From contig CM119264.1 in the NCBI GenBank assembly GCA_051294375.1, positions 4,439,606 to 4,503,605 on the forward strand: DNA of 64,000 bases, given 5' to 3'. Source of the stretch: Paraspadella gotoi (taxonomy: Eukaryota; Animalia; Chaetognatha). Positions within the stretch are counted from its first letter, which is position 1, and every line of letters begins with the position of its first letter. The notes below the pieces were generated by a model that saw only the letters and a list, made by a program, of their open reading frames with translations, had not been told where the DNA came from and did no database searches. Below, in pieces: positions 25,261 to 38,210 of the stretch. Position numbers and translations under genes: made by a program.

Positions 25261-27254
25261 CGAGAGGAGAGAGAGAGAGAGGAAGTATGAGACTTGGGTA
25301 AGGAAATAAGAATTATACCTCGAAGAAAAGTCATTTTATATTAGGCTTTCGTTTATTTTATTACTTTATTTTCGACGCTCTGTTCTACCGATATGTTTTT
25401 TTACCTTTCCTGTTTATCTTCCTGGAATGCCGAGCGAGTAATTGTTGTCGCCGAGTTTTTTTTTCTTACTTCATCTGGGTCCTCTGGTCTTCGGTCCTCT
25501 TTAATTTTCTTTGCTTTCCGCATTCTAATGAAGCATCCTGGATGAGCGAGATTGCGGGAGCGTTTTTTTTGGCGGGTGAACCGAATCGCACCGAGCTCGG
25601 GCCCTCTAAGGCGAAGGGTGAAATTTTGACAAATAGAAAAATTCTAGTAAAGAGTCAATGATTGATATGAAGAACATAGCCACAGTAGAAGCATTAATCT
25701 TTATATAAAAAAGGATAATGTTTAATGCTTTTTTGTAATTTTCGCGTATAGAGCATAACTTTATATTTATGGGCTACTTCCTATAAAGATTTGAAAAATT
25801 TCAAAAATAGATTTCTTTAATTTTGAGATCAGGATTTGAATTCTCCGGGTCGACAGAAAGCTTGATCGAAGAAAATATACATCTCGATTTTTAAAAATTT
25901 CTTGTCATAAGTAGGTTAAAAATTACAAAGAACTAATGATTGTAATATGTTAAAGAAGTTAAATTCAGTATTAAATTAGCTTTTCTAATTTTTGACCCAC
26001 TTGAATGGAAGGGAAAGTTTTCCTAAAAAGAGTTAATTTCGTTTTCTTGGATCACTTCTTTAGTGACCGGAATCCAAGTCGCACACAAAAAACTTCTCCA
26101 AGAAAGACAACTGTTTTGAAATTTAGACAATTGTTCATTGGTTTAATTGAGTATAGATAATGCCTACTGCATAAATTAAAAATTAACGTGATAAATTTTT
26201 TTATAGCATAAAGTTGTTCAATAGAATGTTATAACGTATGTTGTTTCGTCTCTCACTTTGAATAAATTTTAAGTTAAGAGTAAACGTTAGGAATTTTACT
26301 ACGCCCTACTCGGCGTCCACGCATTGCCAACGCGAATGCAAATTGCAAATCAAAGATCCGGTGCAGAAGAGTGGCGACGATCTTGGTGCGATTTGTCTTT
26401 TGCGCGCGGTTCTCTTTTTTTTTATCCTTTTTTTTTTCTATCGGGTGACACGACAGGCCATGCATGTCTCTAGCGAAAGTCAATGACCTTTCGTTTCGCC
26501 GGGAAGATTCGATTAAGATTGAAAATGAGAGAGGAAAATTTCAAGCTCCGATTTTGGAAAATTTAGTCAGTAGAACAATGAAAGTTCAAATGCAAATGCA
26601 AAAACCATAAAAAATGTTAAAACCCTTTGCTTTTCAATCTTAATAAACTATGGCGAAGTTTGTAAACTTAGTTAAAACTTAGGTAGGTTAAGACATAATC
26701 GTAATTAAGCAGTTTGTAGCAATACATTAAATCCAGAACATCAAGGATTTTGAAGGAAGTTGCAGAGGACGGTCAGGTGAACAAAGACCCATAAAAATAT
26801 ATAACTGTATTGCGTTAATGAATTAACAAATTCTGTTAAGCACTCCCACAGGATCTCATAAATAGATTTAGAATATAAAATATTTCCGAAATCATTCTGA
26901 ATTAAATATAAATTAACTTTTGCGCCCGTTAAATTTATTTTTAAGTGTATTTAAAGAAGATTTTAAAAGTTTTTCACAATTATTTATTATTGTTATTTAC
27001 GATTTATTTACAAATTATTATTTATTTATTATTTACAAATTTCTTTAAAATTTTACGAAACATTTCATTTTGGTTCGCGAGAATTAAAAAAAGTTAAGAT
27101 GGAGTAGGAAAGTTTGCGTTTATTAAAACTCGAAAATAATATTTGTCGAAAAAGGAGAGAAAAAAAACCAGAGCTTTTTTTTTTCAATCTCCTCAATCAC
27201 GAAAAAAAAAGTGTTTCTACTTTGGGCTGAGAAAAAAAGAGGAGGAAAGGAAAG

Positions 27255-27532
27255 TGGAGGAAAGGGAGGAAAAGAGGAAGGATTGAGAAAGGAAAGGTGA
27301 AAAGGAAGGATAGGTTTGAGAGGTGGAGGAACGAATGAAGGAAAAGAGGAAGGATTGAAAAAGGAAAGGAAAGGTGAAAAGGAAAGATAGGTTTGAGAGG
27401 TGGAGGTAGGAATGAAATAAAAAAGGAAGGATTGAGAAAGGAAAGGAAAGGAGAAAAAGAAAGATAGGTTTGAGAGGTGGAGGTAGGAATGAAGGAAAAG
27501 AGGAAGGATTGAGAAAGGAAAGGAAAGGAGAA
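27255..27532. repeat. Purine-rich minisatellite, ~70-80-bp unit, running into a gap
   Basis: Recurring gaggaaggattgagaaaggaaagg...gataggtttgagaggtggaggtaggaatgaa. A longer noisy array of the same unit lies at ~15040-16030. Confidence 0.8.
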
Positions 27533-27854
27533 NNNNNNNNNNNNNNNNNNNNNNNNNNNNNNNNNNNNNNNNNNNNNNNNNNNNNNNNNNNNNNNNNNNN
27601 NNNNNNNNNNNNNNNNNNNNNNNNNNNNNNNNNNNNNNNNNNNNNNNNNNNNNNNNNNNNNNNNNNNNNNNNNNNNNNNNNNNNNNNNNNNNNNNNNNNN
27701 NNNNNNCGGGGTTGAAAAGAGGAGAAGGCCAACGGCGGTCGGGGGAGGCAATGCGATGATCCATCATCGTCTTGACAGAATTTTGAGTTCCGAGGATTTA
27801 AGGCAAACGAATCGAAAAAGGGGACGCGTCGAAATCATGACCGGAGTCCCGCGA

Positions 27855-28067
27855 CCAATAGGGAGCTCGACCCGGGCTCGACGGGCCAATCAGGGCGAGG
27901 AACGACCACGATCGAAGGGAAAAGGGCAGGGTCAAAGAGAGCGAGCGACCAATGGTGGTTCGACCCGATGTTGATTGCCTAATCTGAGGTCGTCCAGCGA
28001 AAAAATGACTTACTAGTTACCACGTCCAGAGGCCAATCACGAGGAGTGGTGGTCAATCCAGACCAAT
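27855..28067 (+). promoter_or_regulatory. Cluster of five co-oriented CCAAT boxes (candidate NF-Y promoter)
   Basis: CCAAT at 27855, 27886, 27949, 28033 and 28063 in a GC-richer island, followed by a donor-like cag|gtaaac at ~28100. Confidence 0.35.
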
Positions 28068-28754
28068 AACGGGCATATCATTTTTTTTTTTCGAAGTCAG
28101 GTAAACAATTCTTATTATGAGTGTATGTATGACTTTATTATGTTTTACTGTTTGCTTCCTAACGATTTTTTCTAAAAAACAAATAATATGTATAAGGCGT
28201 TACATTTAACAAGCAACGAGCAAAAATTTCCGAACCCACTATTTTTTTTCCCGTTTCTGTTTTACAAATACTTGTTTTTCAATGACTTTCAATTTTTTAA
28301 TTGCTTTTGTTCATTGATTTTCTTCAAAAACATTTTTTTTTAAAAATGAGAATATTTAATGAGATATATTTACCCCGAGCGTAAGTTCATTGAGTTGTCG
28401 TTTGTTTGCTGAGGAATAAAAAATAACGATAATTCATCTTTCTCATCATCCGTTTGCTCCTCCTCCTCCTCCTCCTCTTCCTCTTTCTCTTCCCAGAATG
28501 TCCATTTGCCGCATTCGATGCCATCAAATTTCTGCTTCTCGTTTACGTTCCACGATTTCCTGACAACAGATCCCGACTCCCTTTCCTTCCTCCGATCCTC
28601 CCTTTCTACTCATTCTCTCTCTCTCTCCCCTTCCTCCATCTCTTCCTCCCACCTCGTCCACTCCCTCTCACTCTTTCCCTCCTCCGATCCTCCCTTTCTA
28701 CTCATTCTCTCTCTCTGAAGCGCTTCTTAACGCGCGACCTAGATAAGAGAGTAT

Positions 28755-29220
28755 TGTAGTTTAACAGCAGAGCTCCAAGATCACTTGGCGCCAATCTACT
28801 TACGCCATCTTTCTTGCCATACCTTGTCCTTCTAATTACGCATGGAATATATTGTACCGTGTAGATTGATAATTATATTATGGCTCAATGTGGTATACTA
28901 TTTCTACTTATATACATGACGTTGCTAAGAATATAAGGTTATAGTTAAGCGTGTTTTACATTGTTAGAAACTTGTATTGGGTCTTCCTAAGATACTTGTT
29001 TTGAGAGTAGTTGAACACGGATATTGAAGATAGTCATAATATAATTAAAGGGCAGCAATAATTACGGGCTACTCTAAGAGAAGAATAGTAGATGAAACAT
29101 TAGTAGCTTTGTATAAGTTTGCGATAATCTGACGGATTATGCTAGGTCAGCGCGTTATAAGAAGCGGCTTCGTTTAACCTTCACACATTTCTGAGTGCCA
29201 GTATGTGAGCTAGCAAATTT
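28755..29220 (+). repeat. 5' LTR (probably truncated on the left)
   Basis: 28755-29140 aligns colinearly with 37058-37450 (tgtagttt.aac, gcgccaatctactt, acgcatg.aatat, ttatatacatg, gaatataaggtta, acacggat, gggcagca, acggatt). The right end is placed from the PBS-like motif at 29225. Confidence 0.7.
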
Positions 29221-29224
29221 ATCT

Positions 29225-29236
29225 TGGTGCCCCATT
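29225..29236 (+). promoter_or_regulatory. Candidate primer-binding site of the LTR element
   Basis: tggtgcccc lies just downstream of the 5' LTR homology. A TGG start is typical of a tRNA PBS. The priming tRNA was not identified. Confidence 0.35.
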
Positions 29237-32200
29237 CTTTATAATTACGTTCGGTTATACACCAATAGCTTCGGTATTATGATATTAAGCTTAAGCATTA
29301 AACTGATGTTGTTAGCTGTTATTGTCTCTAACCCAGGGGGTTCAAAAGTATGAAGGTTTGGCTTTCCCATGTTTGACAGGTAACCAGCGCGTCAAGCTTT
29401 TGTCTATTGGCTCATTTTGTTTATAAGGAATCGCATATGATTTTTCTGCTATGGCTATGGCATAAGTCACTGGAAGACGTTATTGAGGCATGCTGAAGGA
29501 GTAAGCTGAAAGCAGGCCATCATTAGTTGTTTCATCACAATGCAATTGCAGCATGCACAGGAAGCCGCGCACTAAAGGTTGAGCGCTATAAGGTACTACT
29601 TCAGAGTGCCACAAGATGGCTTTCATTAAGATTTTGTGCCAAAATTTAGGTAGCCATTGAAAACATTCCGCGCAAGAGGTGGAAACGACTCGTACGCATG
29701 GAAGATTAAGATCAAGGAGAGGCCTTTAAGTAGGTATGCTGCCTACTCGTGACAACAATACAAAGCTAGTCATTGATGCCAATTGGCAAAACTCCTTGCC
29801 CTTACTTCAGCCCAACTAGAAACTGTTCAACCAGCTGCTACTGCTTTCTGGCTGTTTTGCTGTGAAGTACTATAGCATCAAACAAGCCTTGCCTTCTGCT
29901 TCAGTGAACAGTCAATTTCCCTTCCGCCGCCCCTGCTTGCAGTCCAAGGAGAACCCTCTACAACAAGAGGATAGCAGTCATAATGTTAATCTTGCTGGTG
30001 GCCATTCTCTGTCAATTCTCTAATCTAAAAGGCCAGATATAGCTACTAGGGGAGATTACTACATCTTCATAAGCGGGCGAAATCAAGCGCGCAGGCACAC
30101 AAAAGGCCATGTCTTAATTGAGCGCTTAAAAAGCAGGCAATTCAAGGTTTCAGTTCCTTAAAGGAACAACAATGGTAAGTAAAACAATAGAAATGGAGGA
30201 CGAGTCAAAAGCCTTAGCAGATAGAAATGGGGACGAGGCAAAAGCGTAACAGATAGAAATGGAGGAATGAGCGAAAGCGTAAGGAGTTGGAGATTTGAAA
30301 GAGGAAGCAAAGAGGAAGCAACCGAGAGCTTGATGAAGGAACGAAGGTAACAAAGCCTTGAGCTCAATAATGCGCTAACTTGAATACTGGAAGGTGATCT
30401 GGAAGAATATGGCGAACCAGTGAGGAGGGGGATTCAGAATGGACCAGCCATGTCACATCTAATGATCGCGTTTCAAGAGCTTCTTGAGAAACGTAGGACA
30501 ACAGCACAGATTGGTTTCTGGCAGCAGGCGGCACCCAGATACTTGTCATTGAGCGCAGACTACTAGGTCTAGACCCATTCAAGGAATAAAATGCGCGTTT
30601 TCAAATTTCCTTCACTATCCCATCTCAGGGACTCGCGAGCGGGGAGTACTACTGGTACCGTCGCTCCTCTGCCTCAGCTTCACGCCTGCTTTCAGTCTAA
30701 TGCCACTTCCCAATCCTACTACTACTACTAGTTCTGCCCCATATACCTCCATAACCCAATTTGTCTCAAGCCTCTCCATACCTGTTCCACATTTCAAATG
30801 ACGCTTACTCTAGGGCCGCCAAAATCGCTGGCTAATTGTCTTGCTGCCATTGCCTTTTACACAGTCTTGATACCCTAACTTAATAACAGCCTCCAACTGA
30901 CTTATCCTACAAACAGCTACAAACAGCGACCATATTCAACAACACACATTTTTTCATCAACTTCTTATTCCGCCACGAACCATAGGCACCATTCCATCAG
31001 TGCGTTATGGCGACATCAAGGAGCAGCTCAACCTAGCTGCAGCTTCATGGTTCCGACATTGCTATCACAGCAATAGGCCACATCGGATGGCCTGCACAAC
31101 CTCCACAGATGCACACGCCGAAGTCGTTATCGCACTGTTCAGAACCAGAGTGCCTTCCGCTTCGTTCGAGCAAGACGCTAAATTTAGAGGTGATACGTTT
31201 GAAACTGAGGGCCCATTTCTAGCTCAGTTTTGCGACTAAAGGTTGAGAGTTACTTGCGCTTGACCACTCTCCAGGAGTAAGTATTAGGGAAATTGATTGA
31301 GTGGGTGAGGGGTTGAGGCCTTATGATTTGATTCAGAAGATTTGAATATGAGCAGAATGCCGATGTCGCGTTATATCACGGCGAAGTTGGAGCTCGCGAC
31401 AAAAAAGGTGGGGAGCCAACCCCTGATTCTAGCACGGCGGACAAAGCCTCAGCAAATTCATAGAGAAGGCAAAGGTTAAGGAAAAAGGCGATTATACGTG
31501 GTGTCCAGTAGAAATTTATTTATCCCAGCTTCAGATCCCTGTTGGTGACAAGTGTGCCACACAGAATAACGCTTGAGTGAATTGGCTACTTAACTCCTCT
31601 AGTCTAAATAAGATTACTTGAGACCGGCATGTCGCCATTTTTGAAGTGCCTTGTGGAACAAAAAGTTAACGCGTAAAAGAATGCAGGCGGTTTAAGCCTG
31701 ATCCAGATTCCAATGATTTCACTTCAATTTCTCCAACGAATATGGTCAAGAAGGTGATACTCGCATTCATCGGAAGGCATAAATTCTTCAAGAGGGAAAA
31801 AAAGAGTAAATTCGGGTCAAGAGCCTCAATGCCTGTTGAGGCTGAGGGATGCTTCCTTGGCTACCAGGGAACGCCGCCAGTCCTGACTAAGTCTTAACCC
31901 AAGTGCTTCTGCCAAAGCAGCTGCATATCAAATGCAGGGTGTGCAAACCGCGCGTGCATCATAGCGGTACGAGAAGTGTCATGGTCGCTTTTGCGGTGCT
32001 AAGCTTTCGGCGTGAAATAACATTGTCGACGTTCTCGTCTTATGCTTAGATTTTGGAATTGGGACTATTCATGGGCTGTCAATGGCTAGAGGATCGCGGC
32101 ACAACATGGCCCAAACATGTAAGAGGATCATGCTACAGGCTGCGACACACCTTTGCGCCAACAGTGAGCAGCTCAATACGCAAGAAAACTAGTTTACCAA

Positions 32201-34959
32201 AATCCAAAAGCAATCCAGCATCGCTAACTAACACACCGGCACAGCGCTTACATATGCGATACCTTACACTGGCATACTGCTAACAACACCCGTGCAGCAA
32301 TCCACTGAGCTGCTAAAAAGGTTGCTGTCATCCATATCGCATTAGAGGCGCTAGAAAAATAGAGACCAGATTAATCAGCACACTTAGTGGCGCCATATTT
32401 GGTTCACATAGATGGCGAGCGAGTGGAGCGACAAAGTACTGTCTAAATAAATGCTGTGCTCCTTAGATACTAGGACGTGATGTGACTTTTTGTGCTACTA
32501 AGGCGTACTTGGCTGTATAGAGATCGGGTTAATTCGGCTGATCACCTTAGTGCAGATGAATTGACCCTTATAGGTCATGGTAGTAAGAATACTGTAAAAC
32601 AGCACTTTGAGATGTCAGCCATAGAGAGCGCGCGGCTATTGCTAGAGCTGGTGAGCTTATGGAGTGAGTAGAGGGTAAAATTAACCACGCTATGCCATAA
32701 GGTTTGCAGGCATCCAATATCATAGTATTGTATCCCACAGAAGGCTACCAAGTGGTCGACTAATTTACAGGATGTAATATTCCAGATAAAGCGTCAAAGA
32801 AGAGGTTGATGGATTATGGAACCTGAATCTAAAGACGGTTTGGGGGGGTGGGCGGTTGAGGGGGAGGGTGCGAGGAGTTAAGCGTGGTGGAGAAATTGAG
32901 GTGTTCGAGTATTTTGATCCTCATTATATTCGGTAGGACAGGAAGCCATATGCTAGATTACTATTGCATTCCAGTGAATGAGAAATTGTGCGTAGGTTCT
33001 CGGTATAGCTACTCCTAAGTAGGCTTTTATGGGTACACTTATATGGGGCATGGTCCCATTGATGAGTCCTGCGAGAAAGATGGGCTGGGACAAAAATCTT
33101 TATACTTACCTTATATTGCTGTCAACACTGAACAGTCTATTTTGCTTAAAATCTGATGGAGCACCTAGTGATTACGAGGGCCATGCTATCGAGATTAAAG
33201 AAGTCTTAACTGATGGACTCGACAACTAGCTTGGGGGCTTGGAGCTAGGGAACGACCCCAATAGACGAGTGAAGTATTTCTCATTACGGTGAGTGATCGC
33301 GAAAAGGCGGGGGAACGTATGGAACGTTCTCCATACGAAGATAATTGTTGTCGGTCAGCAGTTTTGTTATTTTTGGCTTCAGTCTATTCATCCTTTGGGG
33401 GCGCATAAGCATCTTGCGACTATGTATACTTCAGGTCAAGGTATTATTGCTACGCAGGAAAGCACTTGTAAAAGGCCGTATGTTGGTTGGGAATGATCTC
33501 TCCCTGACGAAGAATAAAGCCTTAAAGCTGCTTTTAAGGAATACGGCATAGAGTACTGTGCTGGGCATAGCTTGATCTGCTGTGTCGATACGGTAGTCCC
33601 AAGGTGGAAAAAGAGAGCTCGCACCATAAAGCTATGCAAAAGAAATTCGGAATACACATTCCATAATTTTTGTTGATAGCTTCGAGCGATGGCTTAATGG
33701 TGCTGCAGCTTATCAACATAATGAGAATATGGGTTGAATGAATATGATGTTGATCGCATTCAAAAGGTGAATAATTACATTGGTTGGGCAAAGTGACAGT
33801 GTTACGGCTCCTTTTGATACTCGGTCTGGCACATACAAGTCACGGAAGTCGGCATTCGCTCTGCAGAGAGTGGCTAAGGAGCTATACTACTGGTAATTGA
33901 TTTGTACCAAGTTGCTGCTAACGCTGAGAGTGCAAGAACACGAGGACGCCTGGTTGATGTGATTGCCTTCTGGATTAGATGCTAACGTGCCATGTCATGA
34001 AGGATGTATTAGAAATAGGAATCTACACCAGTAAGGCTAATATTTTCTGCCAATCGATTTCTGAATATACATCGATTGAGGTGAGCTAGTATAGTTGTAC
34101 AGTGGGCGTTTAATGTTGACACTGCAATAAGATATCGGCAGCATACCCCTGCAGAGCGGTATTCTGTGTTCCGCATATGAGTGAGTGGTATTGTATGGCT
34201 GAGGTATGATTCATGTATCCTCTGGAAGTTATTTGCATTGATGGGTCCGCAGAGTTTTACGATGATTAGCGCACTTCACTGCTGGCTGCGATTGCTAAGA
34301 GATGATAAAAAAGGAATTGAGTTGTGCAATAGCATACTGAGTGATTTTACAAGTGCATAGCTATCGAGTGCAGCTGCTTGCGATCAAGACCTGTCTCTAG
34401 ATGTCTCTTGAGCGAAGTTGGCGCTCATTCAATGTCTCCACGATAGGAGAAGAGTTGATTAGTGCGTTTTGCATCTGCTGCTTTCTACTTGCAGGAAACG
34501 CTCAGAGGAAGGGCGCAAGCGCTGGTCTTTGAGCACTACTGAAGAATGAGATGACAGGAAGAAGACGCATGGCGTGCTTACATACTGCTGCCAGGAGCAA
34601 CATTTTGTTAATAAGAGATTGGCCTATCCATTGGACAGACGGCTTGAGGCATCGAGCCATTCAGTTTCTGCAAGACGCCAGAAGAATGCAAAAGTCTTTC
34701 AGCATTGCGGGCTCCGGCCTAAGAGCGCATTTCATATGCGAAGGTGATAGGTGACTGCCATGAGAGTTGGTGGCCGAACTCAGGCGCGCGGCATTGTTGG
34801 AGTAAGGAAGTAATGAATTCGAACGGAGCGAAATCCGATCTAATTTTATTTGCACTGCTCTATCATCAGTATCATGCCACAGATGATGCTATCCATATGG
34901 GCGCCACTGGCAAGAGATGCGTGCAATACACCTGCGCTCGACAGAATTCTGGCTAATAG

Positions 34960-36230
34960 TTGCAGCGGCAGGCAAGTTTTGGGATCATCAAGTGGTCGTG
35001 CATCTTACTGTTCTAGAGAGCCGATGCTATTCCGACAGCTGAGCTAATCAGCGCTTGTAAGCGGCGCTGCATGGGAATCACTTTGGAGGCATCCGGCAAA
35101 GATGGGGCTGCCCTTTACCCTAGATCTTGGCGTGTTAGGCATTGATTATCGGCTATTGAAGGTGACTGGAGTGGATACTATTGTTTTGTGCGGCCTATCT
35201 ATGTGATAGTCAGGAATAAACAGTCAATACATCAGCGAAAGCAGTGGGTGGCGTCCTTTATGAGGCTTGTCTCAATGATATGCGTGGCTATCCAATTTGG
35301 AAACTCTGGAGGGATTACTATGCAAAGTATCCTGAGTTTTGAATGCCTTTTAGAAGTGTTTATTCAGGTGCAGGGCGACGCCCTGGGTGTCAAGGTTCTA
35401 TAGGAAGCGACAGAATACGGCACCAAACTTTGATGGTGCAACGCAAAAAGAAGTTGGTATGATGGCTGAGTCATTACCGACTAAGGTGAAGCCGCAAGAG
35501 GCTGGCGAAGAAGCAGTTCAAGTAGAAGAAGCAATCATGGCCGTATACAAGTGCCTCTTCAAATGCATGCTGAGGCGCGCGCCTCTAATTGGGAGGTGGC
35601 CTGGGAAATGCTGCATCGTTCAAGATTTCAGCGAAAAAATGAGACGTTATATGTCGCCTATATATCCAGGGAAACAGAGCGTTCTGCTGGGATCAGTATG
35701 TGTTCGGATACGGCCCTCGGTGTGTTGCATATAGCTAAGTTGCTCAGTGGAGACATATGTCGAATAGATGCGTGTGCTATTACGAGAATGGCTGAGTTAG
35801 CCAGCGAAAGGATCACGCCCGCTGCATTTCCGTGCGTACATTAGAGTTGCTGTATCCGAGTCTCATGCCACTTGGTGGTCTGCTTAACGGACTAGACCTG
35901 GTCGCTCTCGCATGTCTGATGGAACAGTGCGCCCGCACTGCATGGCATAGCAGCTAGCGTGCCCGTATTGCTGTAATGAGTTTTGGAAAGAGCGTTGAGG
36001 CGCTATGAGCTATAGCTATGCCGAGACTGCAGGCAACAGGGCGCAGAAGTGGACGTAAGTCACAGCGCAGATGCTTCAAGTAAGGAGCGATAGATCACGT
36101 TATGCAGTGGCGAACGGAACAAGCGCATACTCGTCTCCAATTGAGTGCTATGCATTATAGAGGTAAACCGCTTGGGAGTGGACACTGCATGTGCGCGAGC
36201 GTGTCGCAGGAAGTCAAGTAGCGGCAAAAG
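34960..36230 (+). pseudogene. BEL/Pao integrase (rve) and C-terminal domain remnants; frameshifts probably due to read error
   Basis: At least seven ordered integrase motifs with plausible spacing (see element entry). Confidence 0.75.
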
Positions 36231-37057
36231 CGAACTGATCTTAGGAACGCGAGATTGCACGGCCTAAGCTTGTCTAACTGCTGAATGCATGAAGTAAGAC
36301 GGGTAGTAAGTTAACTTGATTATTCGTAGATTATCTAAATCATGTTTAGATTTTTAATCAGCATGTAAGCAGCTGTTAACTATTTTATCAGTAGAATCGC
36401 TCTATTAACAATTAATTTTTAATGACGTAGTAGTAGGCTTGTACTGCATCAATTATTTATTAGTAGATAGTTTTAATTATCATTTTTAGATATGATTGTA
36501 GTTCGCGCTATAGTTTTAGCTAACCGCATCATTTTAATTGTTGTGCGGCCTTATTTAATCAGGGAATACGGCTGATGGGACCTCGGGGGTATGGAGTAAA
36601 GAGAGTGCCCATTATTATGCAGTGTATAACTATATGTTTAGTTTCGTTTAGATACGACTAGAATACATTTCGTTTCCGTTGATATGCATGAATATATACT
36701 TGCTCCCTCAGCGATACAAGGAGCCGTCGTTGTTAAGAGCTAATGGGAAAACGAGACCAGTGTTGCAAGTATTAAGTTCGTTTGGCAGGCAAGTGGCTTT
36801 ACTGCCTGCATTCTAAACAACCCACCGTGTGTAAAATGAAAAATGGAAAAATCAGCTTTAAATAATGTATTTGTACTACTTTTACTGGCGCCATGTTTTA
36901 TTGCTCTATTTCTGGATTACACCGGAAATGAGTCAACATTGAAGGTAAGATTTAACAATAAGGCATTTATATTGATTGTACTTAGTATAGTATGTTACTA
37001 TAATATAGTTTAAAGGTATTAAAGTATAATTAAATTTAGCCATTGTCATAATTTTAT

Positions 37058-37450
37058 TGTAGTTTTAACTTACACCTCACACTTGCGCCAATCTACTTGA
37101 ACGAAGCTCATTGCTGCGCTACTTGCTCGGGCTTCCTAATATACGCATGAATATTTGCTACCGTGAGATAATGGAAATTGTAATTATCTCCTGCACTAAA
37201 TGTGGTTAGCTATTTCTGGCTTATATACATGGCTTCTGAAGAGAATATAAGGTTAATAGTTAAGGATGTTTTACATGTAAGAACATGTTTGTTTGCAAGA
37301 ATACTGTGTTTGAGAAAGTAAGTTGAAGACACGGATTTGAAATTCTATATTAATTAATTAGGGCAGCAGCAAATTTAGGGGCAGCTCTAGAAGTAATAGA
37401 GAATGAAACTGGTAGACTGTGTTTTATATTGCGTATAATATCTACGGATT
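37058..37450 (+). repeat. 3' LTR, alignable part (cut by the 25-N gap; may begin near 36590)
   Basis: Direct repeat of 28755-29140. A G-run (cgggggtatg) at ~36584 resembles a BEL/Pao polypurine tract/LTR start, which would make the true LTR longer. Confidence 0.7.
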
Positions 37451-37607
37451 NNNNNNNNNNNNNNNNNNNNNNNNNAACCGAAATAAAAAATGAAAAATCA
37501 AGGATAGAGAAAAAAAAAGCCTTTAACGAATCCGTTGACAGTTAGAAAACGATGCCACTTAAAGAGAGAGAGACGAAAGAAGAGAGAGAGAGAGAGAGAG
37601 AGAATGA

Positions 37608-37638
<31 letters not shown>

Positions 37639-37989
37639 AGAGCAATTTCTATAAGCAACTCTTCCGACTCGCGATAGATTTTTATGCTCACCTGATCTCT
37701 CGCCAGCTGCTGAGCTCGCACGGTATCTACATACACAATCATCGTAGTACTGCACGTATAACTCCTTGCGTACCCTACTCCGACTTCACCTGATCCTATA
37801 TCTATATATCTATATCTCCTATATATATATTTTTTCCCCATTTTTTTTTTCATTTTCTAATGCGTCGCGCATCGATTTTTAATTTTGCCGCAAGAGGGCC
37901 GTTTCAGGAAAGGCTAAAGCGTCTGCCGCACTGCAGCAACTCCGATTCAAACGGCAACAGCAACTCTACCGCAAACGCGGCGCGGTGAT

Positions 37990-38210
37990 GATCGTAGCGT
38001 AGCGAAACCACTTCGTGCGGAAAGCGGGCGCCTTCCGGTGGGCGTGACTGAAAGCGGGAGCGTGGTAAGGGGGCGCGTGGCATTGAGATAGCCGCCGTGG
38101 CAGCGGGGGTAGTGACAGCGGAAGTTGGCGTGACAGCGGTGAAGCGTGACAGCCAAAGCGGGCGTGGCAGCGGGGGCCGTGGTAGCGGTAAAGCGTGACA
38201 GCGGGAAATT
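37990..38210. repeat. GC-rich short-period repeat (gcgtg(a/g)cagcgg, ~17-18 bp)
   Basis: Recurring gcgtgacagc/gcgtggcagc/gcgtggtag motifs in noisy sequence. Confidence 0.6.

Larger units (their letters stand above)
28755..37450 (+). mobile_element. BEL/Pao-like LTR retrotransposon in error-rich sequence (no intact ORF)
   Basis: Microsatellite-free block with direct terminal repeats and, in canonical BEL/Pao order on +, frameshifted motifs read by eye: Gag DUF1759-like KFRGD.FE..PF.AQF (~31180-31230); protease-like A.LD.G.D.TF (~32450-32490); weak RT remnants (YVDD-like ~33479, FDPLG-like ~33811); integrase RQ.FWII.GR (~34965), VTGVDY.GPIYV (~35161), KQWV (~35238), RAIHLE (~35281), FLNAFRR (~35335), SDNGTNF.GA (~35405), AP.WGG.WE (~35580); C-terminal FWKRW..EYL-like (~35980). 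Confidence 0.85.

Noticed and set aside
17200-26790. Numerous 60-210 aa ORFs in the noisy block
   Set aside because: No recognisable motifs. The sequence appears to be low-accuracy read fill, so nothing can be supported.
28755-37450. Circular virus or plasmid (~8.3 kb) or bacterial contaminant read end to end
   Set aside because: The terminal direct repeat and distinct composition are better explained by LTRs, given the ordered BEL/Pao Gag, protease and integrase motifs.
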